Shown one piece after another: positions 31,316 to 43,084 of a stretch of DNA of 64,000 nt. How positions within the stretch are numbered: the stretch's first letter is position 1; every line of letters begins with the position of its first letter. The DNA is taken from assembly GCA_020184695.1 (NCBI GenBank), contig JAANOX010000280.1:248001-312000 (forward strand), in the 5' to 3' direction. The translations under genes and the position numbers were made by a program. The stretch comes from Histomonas meleagridis 2922-C6/04-290x. Lineage: Eukaryota; Protista; Parabasalia. Under the pieces are notes generated by a model that did no database searches, was not told where the DNA came from, and saw nothing but the letters and a program-made list of their open reading frames with translations.

Positions 31316-32119
31316 TCACAAGCGCTTAAAGCGCTTACGTGCATACTCATCCAATGCACTAACGTTGCAAATTTTGGTGAATACATTATCTTTGTGTGTC
31401 AATAAATGGGAATGATCAAAATCAATACCTGCAAGACCCAACTGAGAAACTAAAGAAGCGGCCTCGCTTGGGCTTACTTCTACAAATCCATATGTTGAAA
31501 AAAAGCTCTGCCGATGGAATAATGAACTATCTTTATGTTTGAATCCAAAAAGTCTCGAAAATACCGTTTCGTCAACCCTTATCACATAGTCAGTAATCCA
31601 TTCTACTCCAAGAAATTCTGCATAAAATGGATCATCAGAAGATATCAATAGGGCATTATACAGTTTCTGATAAAAATGACAATTAGGATCATTTCGTCTT
31701 CTAAAGTAGTTCCTTACAAGGTCTCCAAATGTGACTTCTTCGTCATTCCAATATGAATATGGAATGAAACCAAGTGACTTTGGATTGAACCTTACATCTT
31801 TATCATTACAAAGTGTTATAAATTCATTGTCACTAACAGTTAAAAGTGGTTGGATAAGAGGAGTTGGTGATGATTTCTGTTTTTTGATATGATTTTTTGA
31901 AAGTGGAAGAACAGGTGGCTTTATAGACTCCTCTAAAAATGGTAGCGATGCTTTTGGCCGATGAGATATAGTTACATTGAAAGTATCATTTCGAATGATA
32001 GATTTATTTGGATTAATATTCTCGATATTGAAATCAATAAAACTAGAAGCATTTACATGGAATTGTATAGGCTCACTAAAGTCAATTGGGGAAGAGAAGT
32101 CATTGGTTTGAAGGAACAT
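31316..32119 (-). CDS. Parabasalid initiator-binding-domain (IBP39/IBD-like) protein
   Basis: FRRRNDPNCHFYQKLYNAL..GVEWITDYVIRVD..FSRLFG..SSLFHRQ..GFVE. Confidence 0.6.
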   Translation of the reverse strand: MFLQTNDFSSPIDFSEPIQFHVNASSFIDFNIENINPNKSIIRNDTFNVTISHRPKASLPFLEESIKPPVLPLSKNHIKKQKSSPTPLIQPLLTVSDNEFITLCNDKDVRFNPKSLGFIPYSYWNDEEVTFGDLVRNYFRRRNDPNCHFYQKLYNALLISSDDPFYAEFLGVEWITDYVIRVDETVFSRLFGFKHKDSSLFHRQSFFSTYGFVEVSPSEAASLVSQLGLAGIDFDHSHLLTHKDNVFTKICNVSALDEYARKRFKRL

Positions 32120-32685
32120 GTTTAAATATTACGAAATTGACGTTGGAAATTTTGAATGCAAAAATCAAACAGAGGGCTCTCAAATAATGAATTAATATTT
32201 CGGTTAGATCAATCGTAACGTACTGACTGTATAGAAAGCGACACTTTTCAGAAGAAGTCGATAATTTTTCAAGATTTTTTATTTGATGTGAAAATAATTT
32301 ACTAAAACTCAAACAAAATAATTAACATATTTTTTTAGGAATCAAAGGAAATTTTTTAAGGAACAATCTAAATTTTTCTGCTGAAAGTTATTCACCCAAA
32401 AACACTATAAATATTATCGGTTAAATGTCAATTTGACAAGAATTTGCAGCTGGGAGCTCAGCCGATCAAAAAGTATACAAATGAGTGTCATAATGACACT
32501 CATCTTTTTTAGAATAAATAGTTTTATCTTCGTTTACCATGGATATATTCGCATGCAAAGTGATATATAATATAGCCATTCATTATTGATATTATATATT
32601 AATAAGATAAAGCTAGAAAAATTATATTTATCGAAAAATTGAAATTTTTATATTGTATAGGAAATAAAGTTAAGAAACTTCAAAA

Positions 32686-32955
32686 ATGTTTTTGTTTATT
32701 GGATTGTTATTAAGGTGGGAGCACCTCGCAGATCCACCTAAAAAAGAGCCTGTTCCAAATGTTTATGTTGGACAAAGAGTTTATGTTTCAGGCACACTTT
32801 ATTATACTTCATATTGTGATCCAGGAGATGACCGTGGAACTGTTAACGGATATTACTATGTCATGAAGTATGTAGAAGGCAGAAGAGCACCAATTTGCAT
32901 TAGCAGTGATGGCAGTGGTTACACAGGTTGGGTTAAAGAATCTGCAATCAGATAA
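32686..32955 (+). CDS. Small putatively secreted protein with a bacterial SH3-like cell-wall-binding domain
   Basis: Short hydrophobic leader MFLFIGLLL; VGQRVYVSGTLYYTSY..APICIS..GWVKESAI. Confidence 0.55.
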   Translation: MFLFIGLLLRWEHLADPPKKEPVPNVYVGQRVYVSGTLYYTSYCDPGDDRGTVNGYYYVMKYVEGRRAPICISSDGSGYTGWVKESAIR

Positions 32956-33960
32956 GTAAAAAATTAATTTTCCGATTTTTGGAACAATTATTTATCAAAT
33001 GAAACCTTTAATCACGTTAACACTTAGACAAGTCCTGTTGTTCTCGAATTTCCGAGTAGAACCACAAAATCAACTCAAAGCAAATTCGATACATGTAAAT
33101 TATATAAAATTGTGAGTTCGAAAATTTTTAGCCTGTCAAAAACATGTGCAATTGGAGAAATCAAATCAAAAATAGTTTTTTATTTACACAATCATATGAA
33201 TAGATATGCGCACTTGTTTCACGATTTACTATAAACATAACATTCAATTCTTTAGTGAAGATTATTTGCATCAGTTATTATATTCGGTTCGAGGTTCATT
33301 TACAATTTTAATATCATTGAAAGAACATGTAATACTGTTTCTCTTATATATGCACGTATTTTGGTGAGCAAAAGTCTATGACATAACCAAATAAATTTGA
33401 TTAAATGGTAAAACCACATTGTTATCATTAATTGCAAAATTCAGGAGTAATATATTCTGGATTTTGTTCACCTGTCTAAGCATTTTGTAATGAAGCACCA
33501 CAAATATTGGAATAAATTGGAATGAGTGTATCAAGTTTAAGTGATCAAAATTAAATTCGAATTTAAAATATCAGTAAAAATCTTTATAAATCCAATTAAG
33601 TTATTAGTAGAATATTATTGGAAATTTCTTGAATGCCATCAATGTTCCTCTTCAATTCCAAGTGTGTATGAAAAAATCTCAAATTTAAAACATTTCATAA
33701 ACAAAATTCGATACATTTTCACAAAAAAATGAATTTCTCACGAATGAGAAATCATAATCAAAATAGCTTGCTCAATAATCATTTTCACACGTAGAATTTT
33801 TTAAAAATTATTTATTGAAATTCCAAATTTCATTATTTCCTATATTATACAAATTTAAAATATTTTCATAAATGCAAATTTTATTATAATTACAAACAAA
33901 TGATTTAATGTGAACCGAAGAAAAATCAATTACCAAAATTAAAGTAAAACTAACACTAAT

Positions 33961-36624
33961 TTAATAACATACTTCCAAAGACAATTGCGATAAATCTGGA
34001 AATTCGATTCCTTCATCAGATTCAGTCCCATTTGAATCCAACGAATCTAATTTCGCGAACATACCATCTTTAAACGGAATGCTGCAGTGAACTGTGTACA
34101 GGAAATTGCTGAACGCGCAATCGACCAAATTAATGTCTTCGATATTTTGCTTGAGATAATTAATGAAGTCCATGATGAATCCGTCATCTGTTTGTGGGAG
34201 CTTTGCCGTAAGTATTTGATGTAGTACCTCTGTTAACTTATTTTCATCAACATAACACTTCATGCAAACATCAATGAAATTTTGAAATAATTTGATTTCC
34301 TTCGAATAATACCGATCAAAGCTTGAGTCAAGCAAAACAGTAATGATCACGTCCAATATATCCTTTCCAGAGTTTTCCAGATGCTTTGAAAGCGGAACAA
34401 GATCGCATGACGATAAAAAACCATCAATGAATTCCAAAACGGTTTTGACAGAGTGTATCGGCATGTTTTTCAATGCTCTTTGAATTATTTGAATTGGAAA
34501 TTGGTCGGTTTTGTTCCAGTACTGAAACACCTCCAAAAACTCAAAAACAAATTCTGTTTCCTCACCACTATCATTTAGAAGTGGCAACGCAATCTTCTCA
34601 AAAATTATTGGGAAGAACAATTCTTCTTCGTTATGAATCTTTCTAATGATAGTGAAAAATGATAATGAAAAAGAACCAAAATTCAGATTTTCGATTGAGC
34701 TTTGAAGGATGGCTTGGAATTGTTGAGCAATTTCATCCCAATTTTCAGCAAGACAAATTAAAGATCCGGCCAATGAATAACAAATTTCCATTAAGTTATG
34801 TGTATCTTCAGGTAAGTTATAACAACTTATAATCTTTACTACTACATTCAGAATATCTCCTCCAGCTAACGAAGAAAACGATGGGCATCTTGTGTTGAAT
34901 TCGTCCACAATTTTCAATACTTTAACATAAAGTGCCAAGTTTTCATCGTCCATTTGGAGAACGTTATCGGCGTTAGCGGTTATAAATTGAACGCACGATT
35001 TCAATGACTCTTGAATGATGTAAACCATTGAATTTTCATCACAACAAAGTGATGAAATTGAAGCAACAGCATTAAATAAACCTGAAACTGCAGGTTGCAT
35101 AAACATTACAGGAGATAAGTTTGATAAAAACTTTGTGATTAATTTCGTTAAAGTATAATCAAGAAGAGTAAACACTTGAATGAATTTTTGTAACAAATAT
35201 TTGACAGCTATCACAAAAGCATTCAAATAATTCTGATTGTTTGAATTGAATACGTTAACTGTCATTTTGACAAAATATTTAAAGAGAATTTGCTGTTTTG
35301 GATATAAAACTTTCAAATTCTTGGCAAGTGTCAAAATAAACGCACATATCACTTCTTCATCAGTTTTATCTGTAACAGAACGAATTAATTTGTTCATTAA
35401 TTGGATGGAAAAGTCCGGGCTACTAAAACAACCAACTGTACAAGCAGATGCATAACATAGTTGTTTTGATATGTTTTGACTATCTAAAAATTTCATCACG
35501 AAATCAGGTTTCAAATTTGTTATTATCACAATGCAAATTCGTGCGTTTTCGTCAATGATTAATGAATTATCAACAGACAAATGTAATATTTCATACATAT
35601 TTTGAAATAATATTGTTAAAAATGGTTTGACAATGTTGTTCTCATTAATTTGTTGCGCAACAAAATAAAATCTGAAAAACGTCGACCAAAATGTCCAATA
35701 AAGTGTTACATCGAGTTTGGACCATTGCGGATTTGTTAATATCTTAAGTATATCCAAAAGAAGCTTTTGCGCATTTGGTGATGAACATTGAATATTATGG
35801 AATTGCGTGATGTGCGTAGCTAATATTTGACTTATGAGTATCGGAATTTCATTGTTTACCGAAATAAAGCGGTATAAGTTCGAAATTAAGGTATATCCAA
35901 TTGGCGGAATAAGTTGCTCAATGTCATAACGCTCAACAAATATCTTGCGAATGATTTGTAGAGACTGTTTTGCAAGTTTTCGGTCTTGGAGAAAAGAATG
36001 TGTTAATGCTGACACCTTTAGTGGATCAATAACTCGTTCAAGTGGTACCCATTTAACAAGATGAAGTAGGAGGATTAATGAATATGGTGATTCGTGTGCA
36101 CGTTGGAATATGTTTTGAACTAAATTGGGTAAAATTGTGATGATGAAATTTCTCATAATGAGTTTTTGAGTAACGGGTAATTGACGGTCTGTAAGAAGAT
36201 CTTCAGCAAAAAGTGAAAAGATATGAAATGTTGGAGCCGAAATACAATCTTCAAAGAAAGATGGCCATTGTTCGGGCCATTCATGCATACCTAACTTTGC
36301 TAAAATGCGTGATGATAACTTGCTAATTTTTGGATGAAAGTTGGTGGGATTATTTGAAAAATTAAAGAGTTGAACTTTGATTTGTGATCTGATTTCTGGT
36401 GGTAAAGTAAACCAACTTGAAGGAATAGAACTGTCAATCATAGATAGGGCAACGAAGAGAGGGTAAAAATCATTTGTTTTTTGAAATAATTCAAAAATAA
36501 TTCCAATTGTATCTAAATTTAGAGTAAAGTTTGAAAAAAATGCAGTAGCATTATGTTGAAGAGTTATATCTTTGGAATATAATTGGTTTGCCATTTCGGC
36601 AAACGTAGAAACATTCGTTTCCAT
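33961..36624 (-). CDS. Exportin-1/importin-beta superfamily (Xpo1-domain) protein
   Basis: WFTLPPEIRSQIK..KLSSRILAKLGMHEWPEQWPSFF; HEAT repeats. Confidence 0.75.
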   Translation of the reverse strand: METNVSTFAEMANQLYSKDITLQHNATAFFSNFTLNLDTIGIIFELFQKTNDFYPLFVALSMIDSSIPSSWFTLPPEIRSQIKVQLFNFSNNPTNFHPKISKLSSRILAKLGMHEWPEQWPSFFEDCISAPTFHIFSLFAEDLLTDRQLPVTQKLIMRNFIITILPNLVQNIFQRAHESPYSLILLLHLVKWVPLERVIDPLKVSALTHSFLQDRKLAKQSLQIIRKIFVERYDIEQLIPPIGYTLISNLYRFISVNNEIPILISQILATHITQFHNIQCSSPNAQKLLLDILKILTNPQWSKLDVTLYWTFWSTFFRFYFVAQQINENNIVKPFLTILFQNMYEILHLSVDNSLIIDENARICIVIITNLKPDFVMKFLDSQNISKQLCYASACTVGCFSSPDFSIQLMNKLIRSVTDKTDEEVICAFILTLAKNLKVLYPKQQILFKYFVKMTVNVFNSNNQNYLNAFVIAVKYLLQKFIQVFTLLDYTLTKLITKFLSNLSPVMFMQPAVSGLFNAVASISSLCCDENSMVYIIQESLKSCVQFITANADNVLQMDDENLALYVKVLKIVDEFNTRCPSFSSLAGGDILNVVVKIISCYNLPEDTHNLMEICYSLAGSLICLAENWDEIAQQFQAILQSSIENLNFGSFSLSFFTIIRKIHNEEELFFPIIFEKIALPLLNDSGEETEFVFEFLEVFQYWNKTDQFPIQIIQRALKNMPIHSVKTVLEFIDGFLSSCDLVPLSKHLENSGKDILDVIITVLLDSSFDRYYSKEIKLFQNFIDVCMKCYVDENKLTEVLHQILTAKLPQTDDGFIMDFINYLKQNIEDINLVDCAFSNFLYTVHCSIPFKDGMFAKLDSLDSNGTESDEGIEFPDLSQLSLEVCY

Positions 36625-36993
36625 ATGATATTACTGGTTGAGTATATTTCAGGTTAAAACCGACCACATAATGATTGAAATCCAAAATTTCCACAGCCGA
36701 ACCCTCAAAAATTGAACGCGGAGTTGAGAAGAAATTAAATACTGGTACCCCCATCATTGAAGAAATAGTTTTGGATTTTGTGCTTATTAGGCTTATTGTT
36801 TAAATTTAGAATGAGCATTGAATCTAAGAACAAGAATTCTTGTCATAATTTTTCCGATAACGAATTTTATTAATCAAAATAATATTTCAAAGATTTTTTT
36901 TTTTGTTTTACAAATTTGATGCTTATTTTTATTGCAATTTGAAATTATCTTGATCAAGATTTTTTGCTTGTTATCCATGTAAAATGTTGATTT

Positions 36994-39225
36994 TTGTTGT
37001 TTCAAAAGAAAAAAAAAGTTTCGATTGAAACTATCAAAAAGTTCTTCAGAAAATATGGTCGCAAAATAACGTCCATCGGTGCGCCCCAACAATTTTCCCC
37101 ACAAATGATCCATGTTTACTACAGATATTTTGCTGATGATGAGCCATACTTTTTCGACCCAGCAACCAATGTTACTACCTACCAATTTCCAAGCGATGGA
37201 ATAGTTCTTGATCCAACAACATTAACCCCAGTTGAATACGATCCAATAGAAAATCCTGAATATGGAATGTTGTTAAATGCATACAACGAATTTGTATATC
37301 AACAGCAGCAAGCGGCTATAAAAGCTCAAAATCGAGAAAAGATGAAAAACGAACCGCCAAAATCCCAAGGCATTTCTGTCAAATCTGGTACACTAATTCA
37401 AACCATAGAGCCTTCAGATGAAGAACTTCAAAACAATACACAAAAACCGCCAACTGATCCATTAGAAATCGAAGAAATTCCAACGACTCAAGAACCAGAA
37501 TCATCCAACGTAGTTTACACTCCCATTGAAGAGAGTGATCATTCCGATGGCGAAAATATCAAACACTCAAACGTAGAAAATCAAGTTGAAGATTCTCTAA
37601 TAGTTCCAAAGACTGAAGAAAAGAAGCCAGAAAAAAGAAAGCCGCCTCTGCCACGAATTAAGTCATCCCTGGAAATTGATGTTGAACCGAAACACAAACA
37701 TTCACCATCAGATGAACAACCTCCACCCATCAACGCTGATGTTCGTAACTTAAAGCGTAGTTTAACTGTTCGCCAATCAGACACATCTAGGCGTCATAAT
37801 TCTAGGAAAAGTCATATGTTTCAAGATCCACTTAATTTCGGAGAAGAAGTTACTACCGAGAGAAAAAAGCACTCTGGAAAACACAGGCGCACTCGAGCTC
37901 GTCAAAATACCAATCTTCTTGACATTCCAGATATTGTCAATAATTTTGATGAGAACAAAATTGTAAAACCTGCAGCCCCCAAGCGCGACACCTCCTTCTT
38001 TCCCAATTCCAAAGCTCCTTATCTTCCTTCAGACATACAAGAAAATATACATAAATTCCAAGTTGAAGAATATGCTAAGCAATACTTCCGTGAGCATCGT
38101 AAAGGCAAAGTCTTCAATCGAAAACTTGTTTCTGTTGAACAAATTACACAATTTTCAAAAGAACCTTTGGAATTTCCACTCATCAAATCAACAAATCAAA
38201 ATGATGAAAAGAACGCTGTGAAGTGTTTCAAGCTTATCCTCAACTATACTGGTGTTATTCCTGTCAAAGGTGCATCTGTTTGTGCTGATCAACTTGTCCA
38301 AATACTAACCAATAATCCAAGTCTTTACGACGAAGTCTACTTCCAGTTGATCAAGCAGACCCGTCAAAATCCAAATCCTGATTGGGAGATTAAGACATGG
38401 GAATTATTTTTGATTATTGCGACAATATTTCCATCATCTCGAAATAGTGAAGTTTGGATCAAATCCCATCTTGCTCGCTCAGCCATGTCTCCTAGCAAGG
38501 ACATTTCTAATCTTGCCCAATTCACATACATCAGATTTTCAGCTCGATGTGCTATTGGCAAGCCTAAGACTAACTTAGAAGTCAACTATTCCGTCAAGAT
38601 ACCCAAACAAGTTAATCGGGGATATTGCACCTTTTCCGCATCAATTTATGAGCATCTCTGGTTCCAGCGTAAGGAGCACCCCAAATTCCCGATACCGATC
38701 ATTGTCTATCGTATGTCAGAAGCGATACTTTCAAAAGGTGCGGAGACCGTTACCGGTATCTTTCGTCTTCCTGGTAATATGAAATTAGTTCAACAGATGG
38801 TTCAAGAGATTGATAAAGGTAATGACCCTATTCCTAATTCAGAAATTTATGATTTGTTGTCATTATTTAAACTTTGGTTCCGTGATCTTCCAAATCCAAC
38901 AGTTCCAGTTGAATCATTACCATACTTAAAGAATGCATACGAGGACCGTAATTACCTCGATTTCGTTGTCCAATATCTTCCAGTAGCACATTTAAATCTT
39001 CTTGGATATTTAATCGGTTTCTTACAAAAGCTATCTAAAGCTGAAGAAACAACTAAAATGGGTTCAAAGAATTTGGCAATTGTGTTTGCACCGAATATAG
39101 TTCAGCCACAAGTCGACTTGAAGGAACCGCAACAGATCAAAGAATACTCAGATATAGCAGTGGGTTTCTTACAGTTCTTAATAGAGAATTGGGATTGTTC
39201 ACAGTACTATCCACTAAAGCTATAG
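36994..39225 (+). CDS. WW-like + MyTH4 + RhoGAP protein (ARHGAP39-like architecture)
   Basis: PYFFDPATNVTTYQFP; LYDEVYFQLIKQTRQNPN..WELFLI; GIFRLPGN..KLWFRDLPNP..KMGSKNLAIVFAPN. The start is uncertain: ATG 37105, or ATG 36984 with an A-run indel. Confidence 0.85.
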   Translation: MLFQKKKKVSIETIKKFFRKYGRKITSIGAPQQFSPQMIHVYYRYFADDEPYFFDPATNVTTYQFPSDGIVLDPTTLTPVEYDPIENPEYGMLLNAYNEFVYQQQQAAIKAQNREKMKNEPPKSQGISVKSGTLIQTIEPSDEELQNNTQKPPTDPLEIEEIPTTQEPESSNVVYTPIEESDHSDGENIKHSNVENQVEDSLIVPKTEEKKPEKRKPPLPRIKSSLEIDVEPKHKHSPSDEQPPPINADVRNLKRSLTVRQSDTSRRHNSRKSHMFQDPLNFGEEVTTERKKHSGKHRRTRARQNTNLLDIPDIVNNFDENKIVKPAAPKRDTSFFPNSKAPYLPSDIQENIHKFQVEEYAKQYFREHRKGKVFNRKLVSVEQITQFSKEPLEFPLIKSTNQNDEKNAVKCFKLILNYTGVIPVKGASVCADQLVQILTNNPSLYDEVYFQLIKQTRQNPNPDWEIKTWELFLIIATIFPSSRNSEVWIKSHLARSAMSPSKDISNLAQFTYIRFSARCAIGKPKTNLEVNYSVKIPKQVNRGYCTFSASIYEHLWFQRKEHPKFPIPIIVYRMSEAILSKGAETVTGIFRLPGNMKLVQQMVQEIDKGNDPIPNSEIYDLLSLFKLWFRDLPNPTVPVESLPYLKNAYEDRNYLDFVVQYLPVAHLNLLGYLIGFLQKLSKAEETTKMGSKNLAIVFAPNIVQPQVDLKEPQQIKEYSDIAVGFLQFLIENWDCSQYYPLKL

Positions 39226-39439
39226 ATATATTTCTTGTGCGGTTGTGGTGATTTTAAATTAAAGAGAATTTTATTAAAGGAATGATATTACATGTTTTTC
39301 TTTTTTTTTCTTTTTTTAGATAATAAATGTTTTAATTTAATAGCGAATGATAATGTTTGCTTCGTTGTTGTTTATGGATTTAATGAAATAAAAAGACAAA
39401 AGTTCGGAGAACGTTAAAATATAAAATTCAGTTTATCAC

Positions 39440-40300
39440 ATGAAAAAAAATATTATTCCGTTAATACTTGAGAAAGCAGGAATCAAAGATGAAATAGTCT
39501 CTATTGTTTCAAGAGGGGGAGGTGATGTTAGTGACTCTTATTCAATCAAAACAAAGCAAGAATCTTATTTCTTGAAAATTAATTCTTTATCTTTTGAATC
39601 TAACTTTCAATCAGAATTTACTGGACTTCAAAAAATCACTGAATCTAATGCAATAGTTTGTCCGAAGCCACTTTCAGTTGGTACCTATGAAAATTATTCT
39701 TATCTTTTAATGAGCAATCTCCATAATTTAGGTCGTGCAACCTATAAAATCGGAAAGCACATTGCACAAATGCACAAAAATAGCCAAACCAATCAATATG
39801 GCTTTCCAATATTAACATTTTGTGGATCCACACCACTGGACAATCAAATGACAAATGAACCATGGAGTGAATGGTTTGCACGCCATCGTATAGGAGCTAT
39901 TCTTGATCAAATCGGGACATCTAAAGTTTCCACCAGAAGTAAAGATCAAATTGTTGAACGAATAATTCAACTTCTCAAAGATCATGACGCCGACTCCGTC
40001 CCTTGCCTTGTCCATGGCGACCTATGGTCTGGTAACATGGGCGAAACTGATGGGCAGCCATGCATTTATGATCCTGGCTGCTATTATGGCGACGGCGAAG
40101 TCGATTTGGCGATGACAGAGTTGTTTGGAGGCTTCGGATCGAAGTTCTATGAGGAGTATAAAAAGGTTTTGCCAATACATGAGGGGTATCAAAGGAGAAA
40201 ACCAATTTATAACCTGTTCCATATCTTAAATCATGCGCTAATGTTCGGCGGATTCTATGTAACTGAAGCTGAACATGAAATAGAAAAACTTTTTAAGTAA
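39440..40300 (+). CDS. Fructosamine/ketosamine-3-kinase family protein
   Basis: YFLKIN, LVHGDLWSGN, IYDPGCYYGDGEVDLAMTELFGGF, YQRRKPIYNLFHILNH. Confidence 0.92.
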   Translation: MKKNIIPLILEKAGIKDEIVSIVSRGGGDVSDSYSIKTKQESYFLKINSLSFESNFQSEFTGLQKITESNAIVCPKPLSVGTYENYSYLLMSNLHNLGRATYKIGKHIAQMHKNSQTNQYGFPILTFCGSTPLDNQMTNEPWSEWFARHRIGAILDQIGTSKVSTRSKDQIVERIIQLLKDHDADSVPCLVHGDLWSGNMGETDGQPCIYDPGCYYGDGEVDLAMTELFGGFGSKFYEEYKKVLPIHEGYQRRKPIYNLFHILNHALMFGGFYVTEAEHEIEKLFK

Positions 40301-40948
40301 GGAAAAAATAATTTTATTATCATTAAAAATAAATTTTATAATTTTGAACTTACAGTGATTTCTTGGTTAGAGGAATTACAATTGGAAAAGAAATTTTTTT
40401 TACATATTAATTTCGTTTAATGAATTTAAATAATAATTTCTAATAAAAAAACATGAGAAATATGATTCCTTTGGAATATTTGAGATATCATTTTTAATTA
40501 TAATATTGATTGCAAAGTTCATAGAATGTTTAATCATAAAGTCTAATTCATCTATAAATAACTTCATTTTTTGAGGCGGAGCCAACAATTTTACATACAA
40601 AAGATATAAAGTATATTCTAAGTCATTATGATGTGTGTTGAGTGAGATTTTAGGATCCTTTATTTTTCCACTTTAAAAACATTTGAAGAATATTAAAATT
40701 TTTAAAAATGTTCAATAACAAAATCATTTCCAGTATCTATTTTATATATTGTTGTATGGTATAATAATCATACAATTTTTCCGATTTTAATTAATTTTAG
40801 ATAATGATTAAATTATTAGAAATTATGTTATGCACAATTTAATGAAAATGTGCGAGCATTCATAATTTCCCTCATCAAAATTTTTTGAATTGAAAACGAT
40901 TGCATTAGATTCTGGTCGTGCGACCGTTTATAAAATTTTGTTCGACCA

Positions 40949-43084
40949 ATGTCAATACCAGGAACTTCAGAGCTCCCAGCTCAATGCCTAGAAATTGAAA
41001 AAGATCCTGTAGAGTTTATGAATAAGATAACAATCCAATTTATGAAATCAATCTTCAAGGAAGAAACAGAAGAATCAAGAGATAATGCACTTTGCCTTGG
41101 TTTTGCATCATTTCTTATTTTTATAACAGAAAACTTTACAGGCCCATCGCTTGCTTCAAAAATAAAGGAAGGTCCTCGCATTTTATTAAGTGCATTTGTT
41201 CCAAAAGATTTTAAAGAAGATTTTCTTCTTAATGGCGAAAATATTGTTACGCATGCTTTGCTTCCCGAACTCGTCTGGCTTCCTTATAAATTATTTCAGC
41301 AATACAAAGCTCCATCAATATGGATTGGTCGAGTTGCATTAATCCTTCAAAAATGCCTAACAGGTCCATCTGAAATACTTCAGAAACTCTGTTTTGATAA
41401 TCTTGAAGGACTTGAGCTTATTATTGCCATGCGTACCTATCATCAATTTACAAAATATCTTGCCGAACTCGAAAAATATCGACAATCGATCAGCTTTGAG
41501 TTTAATTTAACCGGTTCTATGGGAAAGAAGACCAAATTCCAACAAGAATCCAAGGCACAATTAATTCTTAAAATCACCAATTGTACTTCTCTTCGCGAAA
41601 AAAATGCTTCTAACACTCATGCTGTCACCAGTGAACTTAATCCACGTATGGTTAAACTTGAAGATGATACTCATATTCTCGAAAATCCAAATCTCGAAGA
41701 ATCCAATGAAATTCCACCACTCACTGACCTTGAACTTTGTTATCTTCTACTCGAGTCCATTGCAATTGATGATCGTGCGGCTAGTGAAACCAAAGATGAG
41801 AAACGATTTCCATTTCTTCAAACCATTCTCCAATCCAATGCTCCATATTCTGTTGTCACCTGTGCATTATATGACAAATCGCGACTGGAAAGGAAGAACC
41901 ATTATACCCAACAACGTGCAGTTCTTCAACTTGAGTCAATTGTCGAAGATTTTCACAAAGAAGTTCAAACAGAATCACGACTTCAATGTTTCTTCATCAT
42001 TGATCATCCTCCCATATGGGACATCCGTCGCGAGATGGGAATACAAATGTTATTCATCGGCGCTGCACGTTCAGCATCGAAGATATTCATTGAGCATAAG
42101 ATGTGGGATGAGTTTGTAATGTCATGTGCAGTGACCAAAGAGCCCGAAATGGCAATTGACGTATTAACGAAAGAAGAACAAACGCCACAAATCATATGTT
42201 TACTTGGCGAAATTAAAGGTGACAAAGATCTATTAGAGAAAGCATGGGAAGCATCGGGCAAACGAATGTCACGCGCGCAACGAAGTTTAGCGAAATGTTA
42301 TTTACAAGAAGAAAAATGGGAAGACGCCGCGAAATCATTTGACACTGCATTGAAGTTAAATCGACTATATCCAGACGCATGGTTTAGTTTAGGATGTTGT
42401 CAAATGAATCTTGAACAATATAACGAATCAGTTATTGCATTCCAAAATGTTGTCAACTTAAGAGAAGATGATTCTGATGCATATTCTAACTTAGCATTGT
42501 CATTAATGAAAACAAACAAAATGTTGGAAGCACATAAAGCGATTTCTCAAGCAGTTAGGTTCAAACGTAATAGCGTGAAACTATGGGAAAACTTTATAGT
42601 TATTTCATTGAATAATGATAAAATGAATGACGTGTTGTTAGGGCTCGAAGAGATAATGAAAACGGACAACAAATGGTGTAACACGCAATTGTTGTACGAG
42701 ATATTACAAGTGATCATAGAAGAAAAAGGTGACGCTAATCGATTCTTACAAATAATGGACGAAATTTCACAAAGCGCTGATTGCGGATTTGACTTTTGGT
42801 CAATATACGCTGATATTATGGAGACAATTAAAAACTATGATAGAGCACTCGAGCTAAGACAAAACGTAATAAAAACTTTGGAAAAGGACGGGAAAGTGAC
42901 AGAGGAAAAACAGTTCCAAAGAATTGTAGACGCAGCTGAAAAGCTGGCAAAGACTTCCGAATATGTACCGGATAAGAAGAAAGGAGCGATACAAAGAATA
43001 AGAGTATTGGTTAAAAAATATAACGACGACTTCGGTACTTTGCCATCATACGAAAGACTAAAAGATTTATTACAGAAACAATAG
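40949..43084 (+). CDS. TTC27: Tetratricopeptide repeat protein 27 (yeast Emw1-like)
   Basis: SRLERKNHYTQQRAVLQLE, PPIWDIRREMG..IGAARSA, SGKRMSRAQRSLA, TPR array. Confidence 0.8.
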   Translation: MSIPGTSELPAQCLEIEKDPVEFMNKITIQFMKSIFKEETEESRDNALCLGFASFLIFITENFTGPSLASKIKEGPRILLSAFVPKDFKEDFLLNGENIVTHALLPELVWLPYKLFQQYKAPSIWIGRVALILQKCLTGPSEILQKLCFDNLEGLELIIAMRTYHQFTKYLAELEKYRQSISFEFNLTGSMGKKTKFQQESKAQLILKITNCTSLREKNASNTHAVTSELNPRMVKLEDDTHILENPNLEESNEIPPLTDLELCYLLLESIAIDDRAASETKDEKRFPFLQTILQSNAPYSVVTCALYDKSRLERKNHYTQQRAVLQLESIVEDFHKEVQTESRLQCFFIIDHPPIWDIRREMGIQMLFIGAARSASKIFIEHKMWDEFVMSCAVTKEPEMAIDVLTKEEQTPQIICLLGEIKGDKDLLEKAWEASGKRMSRAQRSLAKCYLQEEKWEDAAKSFDTALKLNRLYPDAWFSLGCCQMNLEQYNESVIAFQNVVNLREDDSDAYSNLALSLMKTNKMLEAHKAISQAVRFKRNSVKLWENFIVISLNNDKMNDVLLGLEEIMKTDNKWCNTQLLYEILQVIIEEKGDANRFLQIMDEISQSADCGFDFWSIYADIMETIKNYDRALELRQNVIKTLEKDGKVTEEKQFQRIVDAAEKLAKTSEYVPDKKKGAIQRIRVLVKKYNDDFGTLPSYERLKDLLQKQ

